Below, in pieces: positions 14,921 to 24,375 of a DNA stretch of 64,000 nucleotides. Position numbers and translations under genes: made by a program. The stretch lies in the NCBI GenBank assembly GCA_963847335.1, contig CAWJZF010000004.1, positions 269,063 to 333,062 on the forward strand, in the 5' to 3' direction. The notes beneath the pieces were generated by a model. That model had not been told where the DNA came from. It was given only the letters and a program-made list of their open reading frames with translations, and ran no database searches. The first letter of the stretch is position 1. Each line of letters starts with the position of its first letter. This DNA is from an uncultured Gammaproteobacteria bacterium (GTDB taxonomy: Bacteria > Pseudomonadota > Gammaproteobacteria > Xanthomonadales > Rhodanobacteraceae).

Positions 14921-16831
14921 ATGCTGAATTCACTGCGTAACAAGCTCTCCGGATGGCCGTCCATCGTCGTTTTGGGCGTGTGCGTCTTCGCCGTGTCGTT
15001 CTTCGGCATCGAGTCGTACTTCATGAGCCATGTCGACACCTTCGTGGCCAAGGTCGGCGACCATGAGATATCGCAGCAGGAATTCCAGGCCCGGGTAAAC
15101 GACCTGCGCCAGCAGGCCATGCAGCAGCAGGGCGAACAGTTCGACTCGAGCTACTTCGAGCGCCCCGAGGTCAAGCGCCAGGTGCTCGATTCGATGGTCA
15201 GCCAGCAGGTCCTGCAGCAGGCCAATACCGATCTGGGCCTGGTGGTTCCCGACCAGGTCGTCCGCGACTCGATCGCCGCGCAGCAGAGCTTCCAGGTCAA
15301 CGGCCAGTTCAATCCCGATGCCTATCGCGCGATCCTCGCCGGCCAGGGCATGACGCCGGGCATGTTCGAATCGCGTGTGCGTTCGGACCTTGCCATCCAG
15401 TTGTTGCCCGAGGCGATCACGGCGAGCACGCTGGTCACCGATGCCGACCTGGACCGCTATCTCAAGCTGCGTTTCCAGCGGCGCGACCTTCGCTATGCCG
15501 TGCTGCCGCGTCCCGCGCTCACCGATGCGACGGTGGCCGATGCGGATATCGATGCTTACTACAAGTCGCACGTGAGCGACTTCATGACGCCCGAGCAGGT
15601 CTCGGTGCAATACCTGGAAGTCGACGGTTCCAAGCTGCAGGTCGCCGAACAGCCGGACGAGAAAACCCTGCGCGACCAGTACGAGAAACAGAAGCACTTG
15701 TACGTGCAGCCCGAACAGCGCGAGGTCTCGCATATCCTGGTCAATGTGCCGAAGAATGCGACGCCCGAGCAGCAGAAAGCCGCGCTCGACAAGGCAACGA
15801 AACTTGCCGCCGAGGCGACGCCTGAGAATTTCGCCAAGCTCGCCGAAGCCAATTCGGACGACCTCGGTTCCAGGCGCCAGGGTGGCGACCTTGGCTGGCT
15901 GGAAAAGGGCGTGGCCAACGCCGCGTTCGACAGTGCCCTGTTCTCGATGAACAAGGGCGAGATTTCCAAGCCGGTGCTGTCGCCGGATGAGGGTTACCAC
16001 ATCCTCTGGCTGCGCGATGCGCGCAGCGGTACCGCCAAGCCCTTCGAGGAAGTGCGCGCGGCGATCGCCGCCGACTGGCAGAAGAACGAGCGCGTGCGCC
16101 TGTACAACGAAGAGGCCGGCAAGCTCGCCGATGCCGCCGACAAGAACGCCGGCTCGCTCGAGCCGGTGGCCAAGGACATGAACCTGCCGCTGCAGACGAC
16201 GCAGCCGTTCGCCCGCACCGGTGGCCAGGGTCTTGCCGGCAATGCGAAATTCATCACCGCGGCGTACTCCGACGACGTCCTTGCCCAGGGCAACAATTCG
16301 GCGCTGATCGAGGTCGAGCCGACCCATGCCGTGGTCGTCCACCTGCTCAAGCACACCGCCGCCGCGCCCAAGGCCCTGGCTGACGTACGCGACACGGTGC
16401 GCCAGCGCATCCTCGACGAGCGCGCCGACGCGCAGGCGAAGAAACATGCCGGCGAGTTGCTCGCCGAATTGCAGAAGGGTGGCGATTTCGCTGCCATTGC
16501 CGCCTCGGCGAACACCGCGCTGAAGACGGCCGCCCTGGAGCGCGGCAAACCGGATGCGGCGACGCCGCAGCCGATCCTGATCCAGGCCTTCCTGCTGCCG
16601 CGCCCGGCCGACGGCAAGCCGACCTGGGCCTCGGTGCCGATGGATGCCGGCTCGTACGCCCTGGTCGCGGTGGACAAGGTCACGGACGGCGACACGAGCA
16701 AGATTCCGGCCGACCAGCGCCAGGCCCTGCGTGGCCAGATGGCGGACGCGATGGGTACGGGCGCGACGATGGAGTTCATCGAGGCGCTGAAGAAAAAGAC
16801 CAAGATCCAGATCGCCGCCGACCGGCTCTGA
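14921..16831 (+). CDS. ppiD: Periplasmic chaperone/parvulin PpiD
   Basis: N-terminal TM, SurA-N-like region, parvulin SHIL...SDDLGS..GGDLGW. Confidence 0.92.
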   Translation: MLNSLRNKLSGWPSIVVLGVCVFAVSFFGIESYFMSHVDTFVAKVGDHEISQQEFQARVNDLRQQAMQQQGEQFDSSYFERPEVKRQVLDSMVSQQVLQQANTDLGLVVPDQVVRDSIAAQQSFQVNGQFNPDAYRAILAGQGMTPGMFESRVRSDLAIQLLPEAITASTLVTDADLDRYLKLRFQRRDLRYAVLPRPALTDATVADADIDAYYKSHVSDFMTPEQVSVQYLEVDGSKLQVAEQPDEKTLRDQYEKQKHLYVQPEQREVSHILVNVPKNATPEQQKAALDKATKLAAEATPENFAKLAEANSDDLGSRRQGGDLGWLEKGVANAAFDSALFSMNKGEISKPVLSPDEGYHILWLRDARSGTAKPFEEVRAAIAADWQKNERVRLYNEEAGKLADAADKNAGSLEPVAKDMNLPLQTTQPFARTGGQGLAGNAKFITAAYSDDVLAQGNNSALIEVEPTHAVVVHLLKHTAAAPKALADVRDTVRQRILDERADAQAKKHAGELLAELQKGGDFAAIAASANTALKTAALERGKPDAATPQPILIQAFLLPRPADGKPTWASVPMDAGSYALVAVDKVTDGDTSKIPADQRQALRGQMADAMGTGATMEFIEALKKKTKIQIAADRL

Positions 16832-16848
16832 GCAGTCGGTTGCGAAAA

Positions 16849-16880
16849 GCGAAAAGCCGCGCATTCGCGCGGTTTTTTCG
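16849..16880 (+). terminator. Terminator after ppiD
   Basis: AAAAGCCGCGC-ATTC-GCGCGGTTTTTT. Confidence 0.75.
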
Positions 16881-16910
16881 TTTCGATCCATTCGCGATAA
16901 CCGAATGCAT

Positions 16911-16943
16911 CGCCACTGGATCCCGGCCTGCGCCGGGATGACG
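16911..16943. repeat. REP copy CGCCACTGGATCCCGGCCTGCGCCGGGATGACG
   Basis: Identical copy at 54707-54739; variants at 22263, 54649, 17046 and 17154. Confidence 0.85.
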
Positions 16944-16976
16944 AAACTCTTCCTATCCGTCATCCCGGCGCAGGCC

Positions 16977-17313
16977 CACTGGCTGTCCGGGGAAAAGATC
17001 GAAGAACGCCGATCCGGTACTGGAGGGGAACTCGAAACCCCTCACCGTCGCCCCTGCGCAGGCAGGGGCCTGGTGGCCGCCGTCCTCATCGAGCGATAGC
17101 GCGGGGAAAATAAGCGGCTTTGCTGGCGTGAGGCTGGCGACCGAACACTGAGCCCACTGGGCCCCGGCCTGCGCCGGGGCGACGGGCAAAAGCCCGAGGC
17201 CTCGCTTCACGGGCAACCGTCGCCAACGAGTCACCAACCGATCTTCCTGTCCATGGCGCCTTATCTCGCAACGGATAGCCGCGGATGGCCCGGGTTTTCC
17301 CCGGACAGCAGTG
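16977..17313. mobile_element. Non-autonomous MITE / internally deleted IS inserted in a REP
   Basis: TIRs CACTG(G)CTGTCCGGGGAAAA at 16977-16996 and 17295-17313; direct repeat GGCGCAGGCC at 16967-16976 and 17314-17323; removal restores an intact REP. Confidence 0.8.
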
Positions 17314-17360
17314 GGCGCAGGCCGGGATCCAGTGGCGAGGAGCGACGATTTTCGCGGTGA

Positions 17361-18143
17361 CTACATCCCGGTCATCCCGACGATGTTGTAGCCCGCATCC
17401 ACATGCACGATCTCGCCGGTGATGCCCGATGCCAGGTCCGAGCACAGGAAGGCACCCGCGTTGCCGACCTCATCCTGGGTGACGCTGCGTCGCAGTGGCG
17501 CATTCTCCTCGACATGCTCGAGCATCTTGCGGAAATCGGCGACGCCCGCGGCGGCCAGGGTCTTGATCGGGCCGGCCGAGATCGCATTGACGCGCGTGCC
17601 CTCGGGTCCGAGGTTATAGGCGAGGTAGCGTACGCTGGCCTCGAGGCTGGCCTTGGCCAGGCCCATGACGTTGTAGCTGGCCAGGGCGCGTTCCGCGCCG
17701 AGGTAACTCAGGGTGAGGATGGCTCCGGAGCGATCGCGCATCAGCGGCCTCGCGGCCTTCGACAGCGCAGACAGGCTGTAGCTGGAGATATCGTGCGCGA
17801 CGCGGAAATTCTCCCGGGTGAGGTTGTCGAGGAACTGACCCTGGACGGCTTCGCGCGGCGCGAAGCCCACCGAATGGACCAGGATGTCGAAGCCATCCCA
17901 GTGTTCGCCCAGACGTGCGAAGACCCGGTCGATGTCGACATCCTCGCCGACGTCGCAGGGCATCACGATATTGGAGCCGAACTGGTTGGCCGCCTCGTCG
18001 ACGCGGTCCTTGAGCCGCTCATTCTGATAGGTGAAAGCCAGTTGCGCACCTTCGCGATGCATGGCGCTGGCGATACCCCAGGCGATCGATCGCTGGCTGG
18101 CGATACCGACGATCAGCGCGCGCTTGCCGTGCAGGAATCCCAT
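17361..18143 (-). CDS. fabI: Enoyl-ACP reductase FabI
   Basis: [34 protein letters not shown]. Confidence 0.96.
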   Translation of the reverse strand: MGFLHGKRALIVGIASQRSIAWGIASAMHREGAQLAFTYQNERLKDRVDEAANQFGSNIVMPCDVGEDVDIDRVFARLGEHWDGFDILVHSVGFAPREAVQGQFLDNLTRENFRVAHDISSYSLSALSKAARPLMRDRSGAILTLSYLGAERALASYNVMGLAKASLEASVRYLAYNLGPEGTRVNAISAGPIKTLAAAGVADFRKMLEHVEENAPLRRSVTQDEVGNAGAFLCSDLASGITGEIVHVDAGYNIVGMTGM

Positions 18144-18216
18144 GCGGCCTCCGGAATGACGTGGCCCTGGCAGTGTAGGAGCTTCCCCGGTCGCTTTCAC
18201 GCGGCGGCGCGGCGAA

Positions 18217-19389
18217 TCAGGGGCCCTGGAGCTGCAGTACCTGGCCGGGTTTCAGCTTCGCGGAGCGCAGGTCGTTCCATTGCATCAGTTGCTTCACGCT
18301 CACCGAATGGCCGCTGGCGATCGAGGACAGCGTATCGCCATTGCGCACCTTGTAGCGCTCGCCCTGTGCCGGAGCCTTTTCCGGGGGATCGTCGGTCGCC
18401 AGCTTGGTCGGGGTCGCCGTGCTGGTCGGTTCGTTGCCGCTGAAGCTGGCAAGGCTGTACGTGGTCGCCGCCGAACTCGGCAGCATCAGCGAATCGGACA
18501 CCGTGGCCTGCTGCGTGCGATACGCCGGGTTGAGGCTGCGCAGGGTATCGACGCTCAGTCCGGACTGCTGCGCCGCCTGGTTCATGGTCTGCGGATGATC
18601 GAGCGCGACGACCTGCAGGGTCTTTGCCGGCGCCTCGCCGGGGAGGTCGACGTTGAAGCGGGCAGGATCGCGAATGACGCAGGCGATCGCCAGCAGCTTG
18701 GTCAGGTGCTCGCGGGTCACCGCCTTCATCGGGATCCGCGGTATCGCCGGGTCCGGCGGCGGCACGCCTTTGGCATCGAGGGTTTTGCGCAGGCCGAACT
18801 CGCCCGCGTTGTAGGCGATATCGACCAGTCGCCAGTCGTTGAGGTCGTCGTGGTATTTGCGCAGCATGCCCATGACCGCCTTGGTCGACAGGGCGATATC
18901 CAGCCGCTCGTCGTAGCTCTTGGTGACCTTGAGGCCAAGCGTATGCGCCGTCGCCGGCATGATCTGCCACATGCCCGCCGGCTGGTTACGCCCGCCGGGC
19001 ACATGCCGGTACTGGCTCTCGACCCAGGGCAGCAGGGCGAACTCGCCGGCAACGCCCTCCTTTATCGCCGCGGCATGGGCGTAGGACACCAGCGGCAGCA
19101 CTTCATTGATCTGCTGCTCGAAGCGGTTGGGAATGCGTGTATAGGTACGCGCCCACTGGACAATGGACGGGTCGGCGTCGCAGTCGTCCATGGCGAAGCT
19201 TTCGCGCATCGTTGCCCAGAAGTCCGGAGCCGGTGCGATGTGCGCTGTCGACGGTGCGGTGGAAACATCCTCGACCTGCGGTTTCGGTGGCGTCACCGTG
19301 GGCGGCACGGGCGCGGGGCGGGTCGGGACGGTACAGGCGCCGAGCAGGATCGGCAGCAGCAAGGGCAGGCGTCGAAGGATCGGTGTCAT
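18217..19389 (-). CDS. mltD: Lytic murein transglycosylase D-like lipoprotein (SLT + LysM)
   Basis: Lipobox [25 protein letters not shown]-terminal LysM. Confidence 0.88.
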   Translation of the reverse strand: MTPILRRLPLLLPILLGACTVPTRPAPVPPTVTPPKPQVEDVSTAPSTAHIAPAPDFWATMRESFAMDDCDADPSIVQWARTYTRIPNRFEQQINEVLPLVSYAHAAAIKEGVAGEFALLPWVESQYRHVPGGRNQPAGMWQIMPATAHTLGLKVTKSYDERLDIALSTKAVMGMLRKYHDDLNDWRLVDIAYNAGEFGLRKTLDAKGVPPPDPAIPRIPMKAVTREHLTKLLAIACVIRDPARFNVDLPGEAPAKTLQVVALDHPQTMNQAAQQSGLSVDTLRSLNPAYRTQQATVSDSLMLPSSAATTYSLASFSGNEPTSTATPTKLATDDPPEKAPAQGERYKVRNGDTLSSIASGHSVSVKQLMQWNDLRSAKLKPGQVLQLQGP

Positions 19390-20150
19390 CCGCGAAACGT
19401 GTCCTTGGCGGCGCGCAGGGCGGCGAAGCGTTGTTCGCGGGTGTCATGCGCACCGTGCTGCCGGGTCCAGGCAACGACGTCGGGCGCGTCGACGCGCAGG
19501 AAGGGATTGGCCTCGCGTTCCTCGCCCATCGTACCTGGCACGCTCGGGCGGCCTTCGGCGCGCAAGTCCGCCACCTGGCGCGTGCGTCGCGCCAGGGCGT
19601 CGTTGCCGGGCTCGACCGTCGCCGCGAAACGCGCGTTGGCCGCGGTGTATTCATGGGCGCAGCAGACCAGGGTCGCCTCCGGCAGGGCTGCCAGGCGATC
19701 GAGCGAATGGAGCATCTGCGCGGGTGTGCCTTCGAAGAGGCGCCCGCAGCCCAGGCTGAACAGGGTATCGCCGCAGAACACCACGCCCTCGCCGATGAAG
19801 GCGATATGGCTGGTCGTATGGCCGGGCACCTCGATCACCTCGAAATGCATGGCTGGCAAGGCGATTTGCACGGTCTGGCCGTCGACGACGCGGCGCGTGG
19901 CCAGCGGAATGCGTGGATCGACCGGGGCCACGACGGGTACGTCGCGGCCCTGGAGCAGGGCCTGGACGCCGCCGATATGGTCGTTGTGATGGTGGGTGAG
20001 GAGGATCGCGCGAAGCCGCCAGCCGCGTTCGGCCAGCGCAGCCTCGACGGGGGTGGCTTCACCCGGGTCGACGACGATGGCGTTGCCTTCGGCGTCGGCC
20101 GCCAGCCAGATGTAATTGTCGGCGAGCGCCGGTATCGGAACGAGTTGCAA
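19386..20150 (-). CDS. gloB: Hydroxyacylglutathione hydrolase
   Basis: THHHNDH, GDTLFSLGCGRLFEG, CAHEYT. Confidence 0.95.
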   Translation of the reverse strand: MQLVPIPALADNYIWLAADAEGNAIVVDPGEATPVEAALAERGWRLRAILLTHHHNDHIGGVQALLQGRDVPVVAPVDPRIPLATRRVVDGQTVQIALPAMHFEVIEVPGHTTSHIAFIGEGVVFCGDTLFSLGCGRLFEGTPAQMLHSLDRLAALPEATLVCCAHEYTAANARFAATVEPGNDALARRTRQVADLRAEGRPSVPGTMGEEREANPFLRVDAPDVVAWTRQHGAHDTREQRFAALRAAKDTFRG

Positions 20151-20382
20151 CGGAAAACTCCAGCCTGCAGGGCCATCGGGCCACCAAACGTCGGATTTCG
20201 AGCGGATGCCTCACGAGCGACCCCGGAATATATCAGCGGCCCAGGGGGCTCTCGTTACGCACGCGTTAAGGAGCCTCTGGTCTATTCCGCGCCTGCGTGG
20301 AACAGACCAGAGGCTCCATACGCATGCGCAATGCCCGCGCGGCCACTACACTTCGGGTTTGTTTCCTGGCCCGCCGCCCGGT

Positions 20383-21060
20383 ATGCCGAATCTCGCCCAT
20401 GACGTCTATGCCAGCGCCCCGATGCGGGCCCTGCTGCGCGACGAAGTCGCCGCCATGGCGACCGAACTCGCGCGCTGCACGGGCGAGCATGCCTTGCATG
20501 TGGCGGTGACCGGGAAGGAAGCCTTGCCTCCCTTGCCGCTGCTCGGCCACTGGGCCTCGTTGCGGGTGCGCGGCCGGGCCATCACCGGCGACGTGCGTGC
20601 CAGCGCGGGCTCGCCACTGCCGTTCGCGGACGACGCCTTTGGCGTCGTCCTGCTCGGTCACGCGCTCGAAGTGGTGCGCAAGCCGGAGCAACTGCTGGGC
20701 GAAGCGATCCGCGTGCTCGAGCCTGGCGGCATGCTGGCGATCACCGGCATCCATCCCCTGGGCGCCTGGGTTCCCTGGCTCTTCTGGCGCACGCGGCCCT
20801 CGCAGCTGGTCTGGCCATGGTGGCTGGAGCGGAAACTGGCCGGCGAGGACGTCGAGCCGGTGTCGCTGCGCCGCGTGGGCAGCCTGCTGCCGGACGGTTC
20901 GGCCGGCGCCTCCGGCGTTTCCTTGTTCGGCGGCGGCTACGTCCTGCTCGCGCGCAAGAAACGTCTTTCAACGATACCCTTGCGCGTTCGCACCGCGCCC
21001 GCGCAAGCGCCGATGCAAGGTTCGCTTGCCTCCGGCGCGCGGCGCACCGGCCCGCACTGA
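20383..21060 (+). CDS. SAM-dependent methyltransferase (YafS-like)
   Basis: LPFADDAF...[10 protein letters not shown]; conserved position between gloB and rnhA. Confidence 0.75.
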   Translation: MPNLAHDVYASAPMRALLRDEVAAMATELARCTGEHALHVAVTGKEALPPLPLLGHWASLRVRGRAITGDVRASAGSPLPFADDAFGVVLLGHALEVVRKPEQLLGEAIRVLEPGGMLAITGIHPLGAWVPWLFWRTRPSQLVWPWWLERKLAGEDVEPVSLRRVGSLLPDGSAGASGVSLFGGGYVLLARKKRLSTIPLRVRTAPAQAPMQGSLASGARRTGPH

Positions 21061-21077
21061 CTCAACGACAGGAACGC

Positions 21078-21533
21078 ATGAACGACGTAGTGGAAGCATT
21101 TACCGATGGCGCCTGCCTCGGCAACCCCGGCCCCGGCGGCTGGGCCGCCCTGTTGCGCACCCGTGGCACCGAAAAGATGGTTGCCGGTGGCGAAGCGGAT
21201 ACGACCAATAACCGCATGGAGCTGATGGCCGCGATCGGCGCGCTCGAGGCACTGTCCCGACCCTGCCAGGTAAAGCTGACGACCGATTCTCGCTACGTCA
21301 TGCAAGGCATCGAGGAATGGGTGCCGAAGTGGAAAAAGAACGGCTGGAAGACGGCGGACAAGAAGCCGGTGAAGAACCAGGACCTGTGGATCCGCCTCTC
21401 CGACGCGGTCGCCGCCCATCAGGTGAGCTGGCAATGGGTCAAGGGCCACGCCGGCCATGTCGAGAATGAACGGGTGGACGTGGCCGCGCGCGATCAGGCG
21501 CTGGCCTGGCAGGCCAAGGGCAGGGCGGCATGA
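21078..21533 (+). CDS. rnhA: Ribonuclease HI
   Basis: [29 protein letters not shown]. Confidence 0.97.
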   Translation: MNDVVEAFTDGACLGNPGPGGWAALLRTRGTEKMVAGGEADTTNNRMELMAAIGALEALSRPCQVKLTTDSRYVMQGIEEWVPKWKKNGWKTADKKPVKNQDLWIRLSDAVAAHQVSWQWVKGHAGHVENERVDVAARDQALAWQAKGRAA

Positions 21534-22240
21534 GGCAGATCGTTCTCGATACCGAAACGACCGGCCTGGAAGCGCACAACGGTCACCGCCTGATCGAAAT
21601 CGGCGCGGTCGAGCTGATCGAGCGGCGGCCCAGCGGCAAGACCTTCCATACCTACCTCAATCCGGAACGGGCGATCGACGAAGGCGCGCGCGCCGTCACC
21701 GGCATCGCGGACGAGTTCCTGCTCGACAAGCCGAAGTTCGCCGATGTCGTCGACGATTTCCTCGCCTTCGTCGACGGTGCCGAGCTGATCATCCACAACG
21801 CGAGCTTCGACATCGGCTTCCTCGATGCGGAGCTCAGGCGTGCGGGCGAGCACTACGGTCGCATGCACGACCACGCCTCGGTACTCGATACGCTGCTGAT
21901 GGCGCGCGAACGCTATCCGGGCCAGCGCAACAGCCTCGATGCGCTGTGCAAACGCCTGGGCGTGGACAACACGCATCGCGACCTGCATGGCGGCCTGCTC
22001 GACGCCCAGCTGCTGGCGGACGTCTACCTGGCGATGACCACCGGACAGGGTGGGCTGGACCTCGCCTTCGAGCAGGAAGCGACGCCGTCGGCCGACGCCT
22101 TGCTGGCCTCGATCAGGGTGACCGTGCGTCCGCGCGTGCTGCGTGCTTCGGAGGCGGAGCTCGCCGCGCATATGGCACGCCTGGACGCGCTGGACAAGGC
22201 GGCCGGCACGAGCCTGTGGCGGAAGATCGAAGCGGTCTGA
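21530..22240 (+). CDS. dnaQ: DNA polymerase III epsilon subunit
   Basis: LDTETTG, HNASFD, HGGLLDA exonuclease motifs. Confidence 0.97.
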   Translation: MRQIVLDTETTGLEAHNGHRLIEIGAVELIERRPSGKTFHTYLNPERAIDEGARAVTGIADEFLLDKPKFADVVDDFLAFVDGAELIIHNASFDIGFLDAELRRAGEHYGRMHDHASVLDTLLMARERYPGQRNSLDALCKRLGVDNTHRDLHGGLLDAQLLADVYLAMTTGQGGLDLAFEQEATPSADALLASIRVTVRPRVLRASEAELAAHMARLDALDKAAGTSLWRKIEAV

Positions 22241-22262
22241 CTTCGCGAAAGCCACAGCATGT

Positions 22263-22295
22263 CGCCACTGGATCCCTGCCTGCGCAGGGATGACG
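22263..22295. repeat. REP copy followed by a truncated partner
   Basis: CGCCACTGGATCCCTGCCTGCGCAGGGATGACG; the following spacer resembles 16944-16957 in reverse. Confidence 0.8.
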
Positions 22296-22329
22296 GATAG
22301 GTTGGTTTTCGTCATTGACGAATGCCAGG

Positions 22330-22366
22330 AAAAAAAACGCCCCCAGTGGGGGCGTTTTCTTTTTCT
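22330..22366. terminator. Bidirectional terminator between dnaQ and the 3' end of tRNA-Ser(CGA)
   Basis: A8-CGCCCCC-AGT-GGGGGCG-TTTT. Confidence 0.8.
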
Positions 22367-22368
22367 TC

Positions 22369-22378
22369 TGGCGGAGAG
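22369..22378 (-). other. Displaced 3' end (CTCTCCGCCA) of tRNA-Ser(CGA); left junction of the insert
   Basis: TGGCGGAGAG is exactly the 10 nt missing from the tRNA body at 25983-26062. Confidence 0.8.
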
Positions 22379-22529
22379 TTGGCGCATCTAGCTTTTGCGC
22401 CAGATGGTGACAAGGTTACAAACGGCTACAAGAGATTTTTGTGTCGCCGCCACACTGGTTACAACACAACACCCACCCTAGAAGGTGGGTGTTGTGTAGC
22501 CATGGTCGATGTAAGAGAGGGGAAAACCA

Positions 22530-22943
22530 ATGAGTGAATACACACGAATTACCGCAAGCCTTATCTCAAGGCTGGCCGATCAAATCCGCGCCGTTGAAGT
22601 GGCGCGCGAACATCATGGTCAGCGCGCGGTTGATCTCTTTGAGGCGAAGCGCGCATTTGAACTTGAGTGGAGCCGGGCTTACGGCGCCGGTGCCATCCCC
22701 GCGGCGCTAAGCACTGCTGAGCTTGCGGTGCGCGAGCGCGTGGAAGAAGAGAAGGCCGCGAACGAGGAATTGAATTATCGCCTTGGTCTTAAGGCGCGCG
22801 TGCAGGACGCCGTCGACCAGCGAACACGGTCTAGCCTCGGGCCTGGCGGCAAATCAATGCTGTTCGCTGGGTTTGCATTGGGGGCTGTGCTTGGCCCGTC
22901 ACTGTCGCGATTCCTTGACGGCGTATTCGGCTGGCTGAATTGA
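22530..22943 (+). CDS. Hypothetical protein with a C-terminal hydrophobic segment
   Basis: Purine-rich SD GAGAGGGG; C-terminus MLFAGFALGAVLGPSLSRFLDGVFGWLN. Confidence 0.65.
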   Translation: MSEYTRITASLISRLADQIRAVEVAREHHGQRAVDLFEAKRAFELEWSRAYGAGAIPAALSTAELAVRERVEEEKAANEELNYRLGLKARVQDAVDQRTRSSLGPGGKSMLFAGFALGAVLGPSLSRFLDGVFGWLN

Positions 22944-23147
22944 CCAAACAACCCAGCTTGCCCACCGACTTTTACCTACAGCCTCGCGCGTGCGCGCGAG
23001 GGACGCGCCGCGTGTTGCGAAAATCACACCGCGTGTTGCTTAAATATCAACAAAAATCAACGATTTAGCCTCTTTACATCACCACACCATCAGCAGTAGC
23101 TTTGGGCATACCGGGGTGTCATTCCGACGCACGGTCAACGAAGCGAG

Positions 23148-23363
23148 GTGACGACGATGTTGTTCCCCCTGGATGTTCAGATCACCGAAAGTCGGGTGCT
23201 GCGTTTTGAAGCGCAGACCCTGGCGGGGCTCGAAGCCATGTATGCGGCGATTCGTGTCCTCCCGAAGCCGCAGTATGTGGACGAGATCAACAGCTATGCG
23301 GCCGCGGTATGCGCAGCGGCGACGGCGGCTGACGAAGCCGCAGCACAAAGCCTGGCGGCCTAG
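23148..23363 (+). CDS. Small hypothetical island protein
   Basis: GAGG SD; stop lies 2 nt before the HTH gene start. Confidence 0.55.
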   Translation: MTTMLFPLDVQITESRVLRFEAQTLAGLEAMYAAIRVLPKPQYVDEINSYAAAVCAAATAADEAAAQSLAA

Positions 23364-23365
23364 CC

Positions 23366-23572
23366 ATGAGCGAGATGAAGTTCTTGACGGCGAAAGAGGC
23401 CGCGCAACTCCTGCGTCTCAGTGAAGGCACGTTGCGCAATTGGCGGAACAAGCGCATCGGTCCAGCCTTCGTGAAGTTCGGTGCGCGGGTGCTGTATGCC
23501 GAGGACGCCCTGGCCGCATACGTGAGGCAGAACACCTTGGCCGCTGGCGCCGGCAAGGGGCCGTTTCCATGA
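23366..23572 (+). CDS. Excisionase/AlpA-like helix-turn-helix protein
   Basis: FLTAKEAAQLLRLSEGTLRNWRNKRIGPAFVKFGARVLY fits the HTH_17/Xis pattern. Confidence 0.85.
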   Translation: MSEMKFLTAKEAAQLLRLSEGTLRNWRNKRIGPAFVKFGARVLYAEDALAAYVRQNTLAAGAGKGPFP

Positions 23573-23640
23573 CGATCGTTCAGGCCTCAGCGGACATACC
23601 ATCCGCCTAACTGTTCGAATTAGTTCGTACTGGTGCGGCA

Positions 23641-23729
23641 TACCGAAAGTAGTACCGACTCGTACCCACGACTTAACCCACGTTTAGCTTTATAATGGAG
23701 GTGCCCAAACCCTCATAGGCACCTCCATG
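23641..23729 (+). promoter_or_regulatory. Putative activator-dependent promoter with a hairpin over the start codon
   Basis: Phased (T/A)ACC(G/C)A repeats, TATAAT at 23691-23696, 11-bp inverted repeat 23695-23705/23718-23728. Confidence 0.5.
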
Positions 23730-24375
23730 TCTTTGCTATCCAAACTCCGCCCCGCGCGCCCTGTACCCGACGCCCAGGCAACTCTCGCCGATCTGCAGCG
23801 CAAGCAGGCGACGGCGTCCGACGACCTCGCCGTGGCGACCGCGGCGCTTAACGAGGCGCTGCTCGACAGCGCGGACGGCAAGACCTCCAGCGACCACACC
23901 GCGAAGGCCTACCGGAAGCACCGCGACGCCTCCGAAGCGTACGACCTGGCCACTCGTGCCCTGGCCGCTGCCGGTGCGCGCCTGGAAGACGCGGAAGCCA
24001 ACGCGGCCAACGCCTTCGAGAACGAGGTATGGGAGCAAATCCAGTCGCTGGCCGACGAACGCGTGCCCGTGGCCGAGCAGCTGACGTCATCGATCGGCTA
24101 TTTCATCAAGGGATTCCGGCGACTCGAGGAAATAAACGCGCAGCCTGTGGGAGAGGGGCATCACCCCTGGTGGGCGCCAGCGCATCAGTCACGGCGACGC
24201 GTTCTTGTCGACTGAGGATCTGTTGCGCCTCTGCGCGCGCTGGAGTTCCAGCGGCAAGGCTTGAACCTGTTTTCGATCGGCGCCCCGTATCGAGGAACGG
24301 CAGCCACTGGCCACCGACTACAAGAACATCGCGGCAAGCGTCCGTGGTGAATGGCGCCGGAGGTACTTCGCATGA
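23727..24375 (+). pseudogene. Alanine-rich coiled-coil hypothetical protein, apparently frameshifted
   Basis: Helical sequence to about 24143, then protein-like reading continues in other frames to a TGA overlapping the next ATG. Confidence 0.5.

Noticed and set aside
16911-17337. CRISPR array
   Set aside because: Repeats alternate in orientation, spacing is irregular, copies are dispersed and there are no cas genes; they are REPs.
22369-22378. 3' fragment as an att duplicate of tRNA-Ser(GGA) at 30053
   Set aside because: Same 10-mer but opposite orientation, with core genes between; it exactly completes the broken Ser(CGA) gene.
23690-23728. Mini-ORFs MEVPKPS (+) and MRVWAPPL (-) in the island hairpin
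   Set aside because: Both arise from the palindrome itself; nothing in the sequence shows they are translated.
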